Source: Pseudomonadota bacterium (GTDB taxonomy: Bacteria > Myxococcota > JACRCW01 > JAFGSX01). Taken from it: a stretch of DNA of 64,000 nt. Position numbers and translations under genes: made by a program. The notes beneath the pieces were generated by a model. That model was given only the letters and a program-made list of their open reading frames with translations. It was not told the DNA's origin and searched no databases. Location of the stretch: NCBI GenBank assembly GCA_043821645.1, contig JBDRCO010000043.1:32001-96000 (forward strand), in the 5' to 3' direction. Shown one piece after another: positions 27,929-37,043 of the stretch; the stretch's first letter is position 1; every line of letters starts with the position of its first letter.

Positions 27929-30900
27929 ATGACACGACATATCGCATGGACCCTGATGCTGGGGACGAGCCTGGTCTCGCTGAGCTGCGACGACAGGCCC
28001 TTTGTCACGGCCGTGGACCTGCCGCTGCAGGTCATCGCGCTGACACCGGGACACCAGGCCACGCGTGTGGGCCGGGACAGCACAGTGACCGCGGTCTTCA
28101 ACCTCGACCTGGTGCCAACCAGCGTCGAGAACAGCGCCAACTTCTACCTGGAGGCCCTGCCCGAAGGTGAAGCGCCGCTGCGCATCGAGGCCACCATCGT
28201 TTATCAGGGGGCGAGTGGAGACACGGCGCCCCGGGCCGTGCTCACGCCCGCGGTGCTGCTCGACTACTCCAGGCGCTACCGCGTCACCCTGGGGACCGGG
28301 ATCCAGCGCCAGGCCGACGAGGATCAAAACCTCCCGGCAGGACAGCTGCCGGTGCAGGTCCAGGCCGTGTTCACCACGGAAGATCCACCGCCGCTGCTGC
28401 TCGTCTCGGCGCAACCGGGAGCAGGTGTGGTCGGCGTGGCACGCGCAGCCCAGCTGACCCTGACCTTCAGCGAGCCCTTGAACTGCGATTCCCTCGAGGC
28501 TGGCGTGCAGGTGCTGGAACAGTTCGATGGGCATCCGCACACCAGCGCCGCCGACCGCAGCGTCCCGGGACAGTGGGATTGCCGGGAGCCGGCAGACCCC
28601 GAAGACAGCTCCTGCGAGAATGGGCAATGCAGCGCCGTGTTCACGCCTGGGCAGGCTTTCGCCTACTCCTCGACCCTCCGGGTGCGTTTGAGCGGAGGCC
28701 GCCGTGACGACGGCGCCATCGAGAGTTTCCGCGCCACGGCCAGCGGCGGCCAGCTCCCGGCCAGCATCGAGGTCGCCTTCGTCGTGGAGCACCCCGACCC
28801 GCTGGCGCTGATCGCGCTCAGCCCGGGCCCCGATACCGAGCAGGTCCCCCTGGATGCGGTGATCGCGGCCGGCTTCTCCGAGGCGCTGGAGTGCGGCACG
28901 GTCAACCTCGACACGGTGCACGTGGCCATGCTGCGCGACCCTCTGCGCGGCGGTGATCGCATCGATCTCACCGGCACCATCAGCTGCAGTGGCGACGAGA
29001 TGCTGGGCTTCGAAGCAGATATCGACTTTGACTGGTCGGCTCAGATCGAGCTGACCCTGGCCGGGGGTGCCTTCGTGGCCAGCAGCTACCCCGGCGATGC
29101 CATCGAGAGCGCCCGGGCCACCTCGCAGGGCGGTCAGCTGGCGGACGACGTGGTGATGCGTTTTTGGGCCCTGGATCCCCCCGCCTTGAGCGTGCTGTCC
29201 ACCACCCCGGGCGCGGGTGCCCAGGATGTGGCCGTGGACAGCCACGTCACCGTCGTGTTCAGCGAGGCCATCGCCTGCGACTCGGTACAGGCTGCGGTGT
29301 CCGACACCTCGCTGCACGTGACCGAGCTCGCAGACGATGGCAGCGCGATCCTGCACACGGTGGACCTTGTGTCCTGCGCCGGCGCCACCCTGGAGCTGGA
29401 TGGCGTGCCGGACTACAGCCTCAGTGGCGTCGTCACCTGGACCCTCCCCGCGACCCTGGCCTCGCTGCGCGCCACCAGCCGTGGCGGTCATCTGGACGGC
29501 GGCTACAGCTTCAGCTTCCGGGCACAAGACCCGCCACCGCTGCGCGTGCTGTCGACGAACCCCGCCGCCGGTGCTGAGGGGGTCTCGCTGGACGCCAACA
29601 TCACCCTGACCTTCAGCGAGCCCGTGAACTGCGCCACGGTCCAGGCCGCGATCTCCGACACCACCCTGCACCTGGCCGAGGTCGACGACCAGGGCGGCAG
29701 CGTGGCGCACACGCTGGCACTGCTGTCGTGCAGTGACGCCACCGTGGTGCTGGATCCCGCGCCCTCGTTCACCCTCTCCGGCCTGGTCACGGTGACCGTT
29801 CCGGCGACGCTGGCGTCCCTGCGCCAGACCAGCCACGGTGGCACCCTCGAGGGTGGTGTCGTCTTCGGCTTCCGGGCCGCGGATCCCCCGCCGTTGCTGG
29901 TCACCAGCACCTTCCCGGGAGGTGGCGCCACCACCGCAGATCTGGGCACCGATCTGGTCGTCACCTTCAGCGAGGCCATCGACTGCAGCACGGTGGAAGT
30001 TGCGGGCATCATCATCCAGGAGACGCTGGACGACGGCAGCATCGACAGTGGTCACAGTGTCACCATCACAGCCTGCAGCGCTGCGGTGCTTCGGCTCGAC
30101 CTGGCCCGCGACCTCCAGCTGTCGTCGACGGTGGTGGTGAGCCTGCCCGAGGCCATCCGCTCGGCCCGGGCCACCAGCCGCGGCGGCAGCCTGGCCGGTG
30201 GCTACACCTGGGTCTTCGGCACCGCCAACCCCCCCGCTCTGCTGGTGGTGTACACCTCACCGGGTGACGGGAACATCCTGGTGCCCGTCGACAAGGTGAT
30301 CCAGATTCGCTTCAGCGAGGGGCTCGACCCGGCCACCGTGAACGAGACCAGCGTCGTGATCGAGGACGTCACCGACGCCATGGCCGTGGTCAGGCTGTGC
30401 GACAGCGCGGCCGGACGCACCTGCCAGTATGCCCTCAGCGACGGCGACACCACGATCACGGTGACACCAGCCAGCGACTTTGCCTTCGATCACCGCATCC
30501 GCTTCACCCTGACCTCTGCCCTGGCCAGCGCGCGTTCAACGAGCCAGGGCGGTTTTCTGGGCCTCGATCTGGTCTACACCTTCGAGACCACGCCGGTACC
30601 GCCCATCGAGGTGGTGAGCCTGGTCCCACCGCCGGGCAGCGCCAGCATTCCGCTGCGGCCCCTGATCTCGGTCGAGTTCAACCAGGATGTGCTGGGCTCC
30701 ACCGTCGTGGTTGGCGGCTCGCCCGCAGACCTGACCGTGTGGCTCAACCCTGGCACCGCTCCGAACGCCGGGGGCGCGGTGGCACTCACGTGCACGGGCT
30801 GCGCTTCGACCGGAACCAGCTTCAGCTTTCAGCCCAGCGTCGACCTCGTCGCGGGCAGCACCTACGTGTTCGCCATCAAGGGCAACATCAATGGTATCCG

Positions 30901-33085
30901 CGGTGCCTCGGGTGGTGCCTTCATGGTCGACGACTATCTGGCCAGCTACAGCACCAGCACCGGCACCCTGGTGTCCTTCGCCAGCCCCGCGGACATGGAG
31001 ACCGCGGTGGCGGTCCAGCGCCCGGTGTGCGTGATCTTCGTCGAGGATATCGAGCCGACCTCGATCGACAGCGACAGCTTCGCCGTCGCCTTCGTCAATG
31101 ACCTGGGTGGCCCAAGTCCGCTGCTGCCTGACCTGGGGTCGACCCCTGCGGGCTACCTGTTCGACGGCGTGGACCCGGCCACGGGCCAGCCCGACTCAGG
31201 CTACAGCAGCAACCGCGTGTGCTTCGTGCCAGGACCCGCTCTGTACGGCTGCCGTGCCATCGAAGAACTGCTGCCAGCCGGCGCAGAGATCCAGGTCCAC
31301 CTCAGCGACGACGTGATCAGCACGGGCGGCACGGCTCTCACCGGTGGCTACAGCCTCCGCTTCTTCACCGGTGGCCTCGAACACCTCGTCGCGTTTGCAC
31401 ACCGCAATACCGTGGGCGGCTCCGGTGCGCTCGAGGGCGCGCAGGAGATCCCGGTCAATGCCTCGTTCGTGCTGCAGTTCAGCGCTCCCGTCCAGGCTTC
31501 CAGCGTCGATGCCGCGCTGCAACTGGTGCGCCTGGACAGCGGCGCCGACATCCCGCTCGCGCCTGCCACCCTGGAGGCCGGCGACACCGTGGCCGTGGTG
31601 CAGGCCAGCGCCTTGATGCCCTACCTCGGCACGCTTCCCGAAGGCCTGGAACTTCGTGTCACCGGCGGCGCCGAGGGCGTGCGCATGGCCGACGGGCTCT
31701 ACCTGGACGCGCACCGCAGCGCGCGCTTCTTCACCAGCCCGGCAACCACGGTCGCGCTGTCTCCTCCCCAGGGCGAGAACGCGTACCAGGGCATGACCAC
31801 GCCCGCCATGTTCAGCCGCCCCATGTACCTGCCCTCGCTCAACACCGGCAGCTTCTTCGCCGTGGACAACACGGATGTGGTGGCGCTGACCGCCATCGTC
31901 GCCACCGCCATCGACGATGTGGACTCCGCCGTGCTGGTCCCGGTCCCGGCCTACGTGCTGGGACATGCGATCGAGGTCACAGTGACGTCGGACGCTCGCG
32001 ACTACCTGGGCAATCCTCTGCCGCAGGACTTCTCGGTCAGCTACGGCGCGATCCAGAGCGGCGCACAGCAGACCTCCTACCTGCCAGATCCCCTCAACGC
32101 GGGCAGCGTGAGCCCGACCCAGGGCGCCACGGTGGCCGGGGATCAGGTCTTCACCCTGACCTTCTCCAGCAACATGGCGCGTCTCAAGAACCGCATGCTG
32201 GCCACCTCGCTCAACAACGCCAGCCTGAGGATGCGTGAGACCGCCTGCCCCGGTGGCGGCGAGCGGGGCGTTCTCAACCAGTCCAACCGTTTCCTCCTCG
32301 GCACGCCAGGACAGCCGGACCGGCTGCAGTTCTGGGCCGACGATCTGTTGCGGCACGGCTGCAGCTACGAGATCCGGCTGGTGCAGAGTGAGTTCGCCAA
32401 CGTCTACGCCTTCTCCGATGGGGGTTTCAGCGATATCCTCGTCACCGTCACCGCGGAGAGCACGGCACCGACCCTGGCAAGCACGGTCCCTGCCGCGGGT
32501 GCCACCAACGTTGCGGCAGACGCCGCACTGGTGGCTCAGTTCAGCGAAGCCATGGACCCGGCGACCTTCGATGCCGCGACCAGCTTCGTGCTCAGTGACG
32601 GTGCCCCGGTCAGCGGACAGGTTGTGGTGAGCGGCAGCAGCGCCCGCTTCGAGCCGGACCACGCGCTGCTCGGTGGCGTCAGCTACACCTGGACATTGGG
32701 CAACACCCTGACCGACCTGGCGGGAAATGCCTTCGCAGGCGCCACCCGCACCTTCACGGTGGAAGCCATCGCGCCACAGGTGCAGACCATCAGCATCCCC
32801 GCGCTCGACAGCCTGCGCGTCACCTTCGACGAGGCCATGGATCCCGCAACCCTCCTCGCGGACGTGGTCGGCAGCGACGGCAGCATCCAGGTTCGCGCCC
32901 AGACCGGCGGGGCCACGGTGTGGGGCTGCTGGGAGCTCGACGCGAGCGGTAGCGCGGCCCTCTTCACGCCGCTGGAGCTGTTGAGCCCGGGCGCCAGCTA
33001 CCAGGTGACGGTCACCACCACACTGACAGACCTGGGTGGCACTGCCATCGCTGCCCCGGTGGTGCAGGTCGTGGTCGCGCCCTGA
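27929..33085 (+). CDS. Large surface lipoprotein with many SbsA/Big_5-type Ig-like repeats
   Basis: GAGGAGG RBS; lipobox LSC; repeated P..GA..V......TFSE modules; C-terminal LTDLAGN motif. Confidence 0.85.
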   Translation: MTRHIAWTLMLGTSLVSLSCDDRPFVTAVDLPLQVIALTPGHQATRVGRDSTVTAVFNLDLVPTSVENSANFYLEALPEGEAPLRIEATIVYQGASGDTAPRAVLTPAVLLDYSRRYRVTLGTGIQRQADEDQNLPAGQLPVQVQAVFTTEDPPPLLLVSAQPGAGVVGVARAAQLTLTFSEPLNCDSLEAGVQVLEQFDGHPHTSAADRSVPGQWDCREPADPEDSSCENGQCSAVFTPGQAFAYSSTLRVRLSGGRRDDGAIESFRATASGGQLPASIEVAFVVEHPDPLALIALSPGPDTEQVPLDAVIAAGFSEALECGTVNLDTVHVAMLRDPLRGGDRIDLTGTISCSGDEMLGFEADIDFDWSAQIELTLAGGAFVASSYPGDAIESARATSQGGQLADDVVMRFWALDPPALSVLSTTPGAGAQDVAVDSHVTVVFSEAIACDSVQAAVSDTSLHVTELADDGSAILHTVDLVSCAGATLELDGVPDYSLSGVVTWTLPATLASLRATSRGGHLDGGYSFSFRAQDPPPLRVLSTNPAAGAEGVSLDANITLTFSEPVNCATVQAAISDTTLHLAEVDDQGGSVAHTLALLSCSDATVVLDPAPSFTLSGLVTVTVPATLASLRQTSHGGTLEGGVVFGFRAADPPPLLVTSTFPGGGATTADLGTDLVVTFSEAIDCSTVEVAGIIIQETLDDGSIDSGHSVTITACSAAVLRLDLARDLQLSSTVVVSLPEAIRSARATSRGGSLAGGYTWVFGTANPPALLVVYTSPGDGNILVPVDKVIQIRFSEGLDPATVNETSVVIEDVTDAMAVVRLCDSAAGRTCQYALSDGDTTITVTPASDFAFDHRIRFTLTSALASARSTSQGGFLGLDLVYTFETTPVPPIEVVSLVPPPGSASIPLRPLISVEFNQDVLGSTVVVGGSPADLTVWLNPGTAPNAGGAVALTCTGCASTGTSFSFQPSVDLVAGSTYVFAIKGNINGIRGASGGAFMVDDYLASYSTSTGTLVSFASPADMETAVAVQRPVCVIFVEDIEPTSIDSDSFAVAFVNDLGGPSPLLPDLGSTPAGYLFDGVDPATGQPDSGYSSNRVCFVPGPALYGCRAIEELLPAGAEIQVHLSDDVISTGGTALTGGYSLRFFTGGLEHLVAFAHRNTVGGSGALEGAQEIPVNASFVLQFSAPVQASSVDAALQLVRLDSGADIPLAPATLEAGDTVAVVQASALMPYLGTLPEGLELRVTGGAEGVRMADGLYLDAHRSARFFTSPATTVALSPPQGENAYQGMTTPAMFSRPMYLPSLNTGSFFAVDNTDVVALTAIVATAIDDVDSAVLVPVPAYVLGHAIEVTVTSDARDYLGNPLPQDFSVSYGAIQSGAQQTSYLPDPLNAGSVSPTQGATVAGDQVFTLTFSSNMARLKNRMLATSLNNASLRMRETACPGGGERGVLNQSNRFLLGTPGQPDRLQFWADDLLRHGCSYEIRLVQSEFANVYAFSDGGFSDILVTVTAESTAPTLASTVPAAGATNVAADAALVAQFSEAMDPATFDAATSFVLSDGAPVSGQVVVSGSSARFEPDHALLGGVSYTWTLGNTLTDLAGNAFAGATRTFTVEAIAPQVQTISIPALDSLRVTFDEAMDPATLLADVVGSDGSIQVRAQTGGATVWGCWELDASGSAALFTPLELLSPGASYQVTVTTTLTDLGGTAIAAPVVQVVVAP

Positions 33086-33193
33086 CCTCACACGTGGTCG
33101 GATCCGGCCGCCCACCATTGCTCACCACCGCCACCAGCCGTACACTGACTCGACGTCACGTGCCGACCTGAACGGATCGCGGGTCTGGCGAGG

Positions 33194-34138
33194 ATGGGCA
33201 TGCGCATGCATGAACGGGCTTTTTTTTCACCCTGGCCCATCGTCGTGGGCGCCCTGGCGCTGGTCCTGGCGCCGCTGCGCCCCGCACTCGCCCAGGACAG
33301 CACCACACCGGCCTCCGTCGCCCCGGCCTCCCTTCCCGACGAGCCCCCCTTCCCTCCACCTGCGCTTGAAGGCGAGGCCCCGCTGCTTGCCGACGAGCCA
33401 GCACCCGCCACCAGCCAGATGGACGCTCCCCCTGCGGCGGTCCCGGTGCCGCCTCCCGCCGACGAGAAAGCCGGCAATCAGGCCGCGCCACGCCGTCCGC
33501 CGGCGGCCAGGAACCCGACCTTTGTACAGCCACCGCCACTGCCCCCGGCACCCGACCAGCCGCGCCCGGCCGGACCCGTGCCCGACGACGTCAAGCACGC
33601 GCGCGGTATCGCGCTGATGATGATGCAGATCCCGATCGGTGCGCTGTGGGGAGCTGCCGTGGCCGGCACCGGTTTCTTCGCCGCCAGCGCCCTGCTCGCG
33701 GCTCCGGGCCTGACCTTGTTCCCGGCTGGTGGCCTGCTCGCGATCGCACCCCTGGCCGTGTCCATCGCCGGCGGCGGCGTGGCCGTGCTGGTCAACCTGG
33801 GCACCGCCGTCGTCGTGGACATGCTGTCCGGACATGCCGCCCCCGAGGGCACCACGGGCAAGCTGCTGCTGTGGAGCAGCCTGTACGCGGGGATGGTGGC
33901 GGTGGTGGCGGGCCTGCCCCTGGCCATCCCGGTGGCTCTCGCGGCCAGCGGCGTGTTCTCCAATGCCGAGGTCAGTAATGTGCTGGCGTACACCCTCGTG
34001 GCCGCCTTGATCCCGGTGGCGGTCGCACCCATGGCGATGCTCGAAGCTGCCAACGAGGCGGGCTACCAGTCTGACCTGCCAGCCTGGTGCTGGCACGCCA
34101 TGTCCATCTGCAGTCTTGGAACCTATGTCTTCTTCTAG
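33194..34138 (+). CDS. Pro-rich membrane protein
   Basis: Signal peptide (PALA-Q), Pro-rich linker, several hydrophobic helices. Confidence 0.6.
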   Translation: MGMRMHERAFFSPWPIVVGALALVLAPLRPALAQDSTTPASVAPASLPDEPPFPPPALEGEAPLLADEPAPATSQMDAPPAAVPVPPPADEKAGNQAAPRRPPAARNPTFVQPPPLPPAPDQPRPAGPVPDDVKHARGIALMMMQIPIGALWGAAVAGTGFFAASALLAAPGLTLFPAGGLLAIAPLAVSIAGGGVAVLVNLGTAVVVDMLSGHAAPEGTTGKLLLWSSLYAGMVAVVAGLPLAIPVALAASGVFSNAEVSNVLAYTLVAALIPVAVAPMAMLEAANEAGYQSDLPAWCWHAMSICSLGTYVFF

Positions 34139-35558
34139 CCGTGGGGCGCTGCTGCTGGGAGTGCTGCTCGTGCTCGTCGCCGCGCGCGGCGCGCAGCACC
34201 CGGCGCGCATCCTCGCCTTCGCGGGGAGCGTGGGTCCTGATCAGACACCCCTTGCCCTCGAGCGCGCTATGCAAGCTCTCGACGACGGCAACCGCGTGCC
34301 GGCAGAGGTCCTGCTGTTTGGCAGCGGTCAAGCGCTCTGGCCGTCGGTGATGGTGGAGCCTGCCGAGCCGTCTCCATCGCTCGTCGAGGAACTCGGCCGG
34401 GTCATGGGCCAGGGCGCCACCCTCGGCGTGCACTACAGGCCCACCAGGCTGCGCGGTGTCGACGGACCGGTCACGCGAGAGGCGCTGCTCGCATCCCTGG
34501 GGGCCATGGCCAGGTCCCTCGATCCGCAGGACACCCTGCTGGTGCTGGGCGCAGGTCACGGGGAGCTGACGCCCGACGGAAGCGGCAGCGAGGTCCTGCT
34601 GTGGGGTGCGGACCGGCTACGGGTCGAGGATCTGACCACCCTGCTCGACGACGTGGCGCCACAGGCCAGGGTCGCCCTGGTCATCGGCCATTGCTTCGGT
34701 GGCGATCTCGCTCGCATCGCCTTTCGCGGTGCAGACCCGGCCTCGCCCCTGGCGCCACGCTGCGGCCTCTTTGCCAGTCCCGGCGATCGCCTGGCCGACG
34801 GCTGCGGTGCCCGCCGTGACGACGCGCCGAACTTCGTCGAGCTGGTGTCCCGGGCCCTAGCGCAGGGAGACGCCCGGCTGGACCTCGACGGCGACGGCGC
34901 CCTGAGTCTGGTCGAGCTGCATCGCCACCTGCTGCAGACCGATCGCAGCATCAACGTGCCGCTGCTCAGCAGCCAGAGCATCCTGCGGCTGCACCTGGAA
35001 CCCGCGCCTCTGGTCCAGACGCGACAGATCGGCGAGGTCCTGGCACACAGCTCCGCGCCCCAGGCCGAGTCTCTGCGTCTCCTCGCACGATCGCTTTTTG
35101 TCGACGACAGCGCGACAGGCGGCGAGCTGCGCGCTCGCCTCGATGGCCTCGGTGAGGCGATGCAGAGCGCGGCCGCACAGCGCGCGCTGCTACAGGAGGA
35201 GCAGGAGCTGTCGCGCCAGGAGCTGGTGGACCGCATCGCCGAGCGCTGGCCATCGCTGCTCAACGCCTACCGCGCGGACTTCGCAGCCACCCTGCACCAG
35301 GCCGAGCCCGAGCTGGCAGGCCTGCTTGACGAGGATCTCGCCGCCGCGACCTGGTACGAGGTCGAGCAGGAGCTGCAGCTCCTCGACCGCTGGCAGGGCG
35401 AGCAAGAACTCGAACAGGCCCTGTTGCTGCGCCTGGTCCATGCGCTCGAGGAGGCCGTCGTCCTCCCCCTGCTCGAGCAGGAGGACCCGGCCTGGCGGCA
35501 TGCCCTGCAACCTGTCCTCGACTGCGAGCACGCTCCCCTGGTGCGCGTTCGTATCTGA
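34125..35558 (+). CDS. Secreted caspase/legumain-fold (clan CD) peptidase-like protein
   Basis: Signal peptide; DTLLVLGAGHG and LVIGHCFGG dyad-like motifs; DLDGDGALSLVE loop; coiled-coil C-terminus. Confidence 0.6.
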   Translation: MSSSSRGALLLGVLLVLVAARGAQHPARILAFAGSVGPDQTPLALERAMQALDDGNRVPAEVLLFGSGQALWPSVMVEPAEPSPSLVEELGRVMGQGATLGVHYRPTRLRGVDGPVTREALLASLGAMARSLDPQDTLLVLGAGHGELTPDGSGSEVLLWGADRLRVEDLTTLLDDVAPQARVALVIGHCFGGDLARIAFRGADPASPLAPRCGLFASPGDRLADGCGARRDDAPNFVELVSRALAQGDARLDLDGDGALSLVELHRHLLQTDRSINVPLLSSQSILRLHLEPAPLVQTRQIGEVLAHSSAPQAESLRLLARSLFVDDSATGGELRARLDGLGEAMQSAAAQRALLQEEQELSRQELVDRIAERWPSLLNAYRADFAATLHQAEPELAGLLDEDLAAATWYEVEQELQLLDRWQGEQELEQALLLRLVHALEEAVVLPLLEQEDPAWRHALQPVLDCEHAPLVRVRI

Positions 35559-35637
35559 GCGGCGGCGGACGCGAGCACACTGCACGGCTCGACATCTGTC
35601 CGTTGGCAGCCTCGCGCTTTGAGGCTAGCGTCGGGCC

Positions 35638-36978
35638 ATGACCACCCAGGACGTCGACACCCTGATCCTCGGCGCCGGCCTCGCCGGCCTGTCCACCGCC
35701 CTCCACCTCGGCGACGGCTACCGCATCCTCGAACGCGAGGCCCACGTCGGTGGCAAGGCTCATACTTTTGTCGAACACGGCCACCACTTCGACGTCACCG
35801 GGCACTGGCTGCACCTGCGCACCCCCGAGGTGCAAGCCCTGGTGCAGCGCCTGCTTGGCGACGCCATGGTGCAGCGCGCCCGCCGCGCCAGGGTCTACTC
35901 GCACGGCGTGTACACGCTCTATCCCTACCAGGCCAACACCTATGGCCTGCCGCCCGAGGTCGCCGCCGAGTGCGTGACCGGCTTCGTGCGCGCCCGCTGC
36001 TGGGATCGCCTCAGTGACACCGCCCCCGAGCCCCAGCTCGCGCCCACGACCTTTGCCGAGTTCATCCTGCAGCGCCTGGGCGAGGGTATCGCCCACAACT
36101 TCATGTTCCCCTACAACCAGAAGCTGTGGACCGTGCACCCGCGCGAACTCGATGCCTCGTGGTGCGCCCGCTTCGTGCCCGTGCCCTCGCTCGACGACGT
36201 GATCCTGGGCGCACTGGGCCAGTCGCCTCAGGCCCTGGGCTACAACGTGCACTTCCAGTATCCCACCCAGGGTGGCATCGCGCGCCTGCCTCGAGCTCTG
36301 CACGGCGCTCTCGACGGGCCGGTCGAGCTGGGCGCTCAGGTCGCCCGCATCGATCTCGACGCGCGCCAGGCCGTGACCGCCGACGGCCGCCGCCTGGGCT
36401 TTCGCCACCTGGTGACGACGACGCCCCTCAACCAGCTCTTGGCCATGATGACAGCGCTGCCCGACGACGTGCGCGAGGCCGCCACCCACCTGCGCCACAC
36501 CACCATCACTTACTTCGACGTCGCTGCGCGCGGCGCCAACCCCGAGCAGCCGCACTGGGTGTACGTTCCCGAGCCACACTTTCCCTTTTACCGCATCGGC
36601 TCCTTCACCGCGGTCGAACCCACCATGTCGCCGCCCGACACGCGCAGCTTCTACGTCGAGATCTCGCACCAGGGCGACACCCTGTCCCTCGACGACGCCG
36701 AGGGCCAGGTGGTGGCGCAGCTGTGCGAGATGAAGCTCATCGATCACCCCGACGATGTGTTGTTCATCAAGCGCCGCCACATCGACGTGGCCTACGTGCT
36801 CGAGGGCGCCGACGTGGCCCCGGCGCGACGCACCATCCTCGACTACCTTCGCTCGCGCCGCGTGCTCAGCACCGGCCGCTACGGGGCCTGGGTCTACGCG
36901 GCGATGGAGGATGCCATCCTCGACGGCATGCAGGCTGCGGAGCAGGTCAAGGCGTGGCGTGCGGAGCCAGCCGGCTGA
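35638..36978 (+). CDS. FAD-dependent oxidoreductase (protoporphyrinogen oxidase-like family)
   Basis: ILGAGLAGLS, E.....GG, FD.TGHWLH, PYN.KLW, GYN..F.YP..GG, GRYG.W.Y. Confidence 0.85.
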   Translation: MTTQDVDTLILGAGLAGLSTALHLGDGYRILEREAHVGGKAHTFVEHGHHFDVTGHWLHLRTPEVQALVQRLLGDAMVQRARRARVYSHGVYTLYPYQANTYGLPPEVAAECVTGFVRARCWDRLSDTAPEPQLAPTTFAEFILQRLGEGIAHNFMFPYNQKLWTVHPRELDASWCARFVPVPSLDDVILGALGQSPQALGYNVHFQYPTQGGIARLPRALHGALDGPVELGAQVARIDLDARQAVTADGRRLGFRHLVTTTPLNQLLAMMTALPDDVREAATHLRHTTITYFDVAARGANPEQPHWVYVPEPHFPFYRIGSFTAVEPTMSPPDTRSFYVEISHQGDTLSLDDAEGQVVAQLCEMKLIDHPDDVLFIKRRHIDVAYVLEGADVAPARRTILDYLRSRRVLSTGRYGAWVYAAMEDAILDGMQAAEQVKAWRAEPAG

Positions 36979-37043
36979 CGTTGGCCCACCCGTCGGCAGA
37001 TCCGTCTGCTTCGCTTCATTAGGTCTGTCTGGCGGACAAGGTG

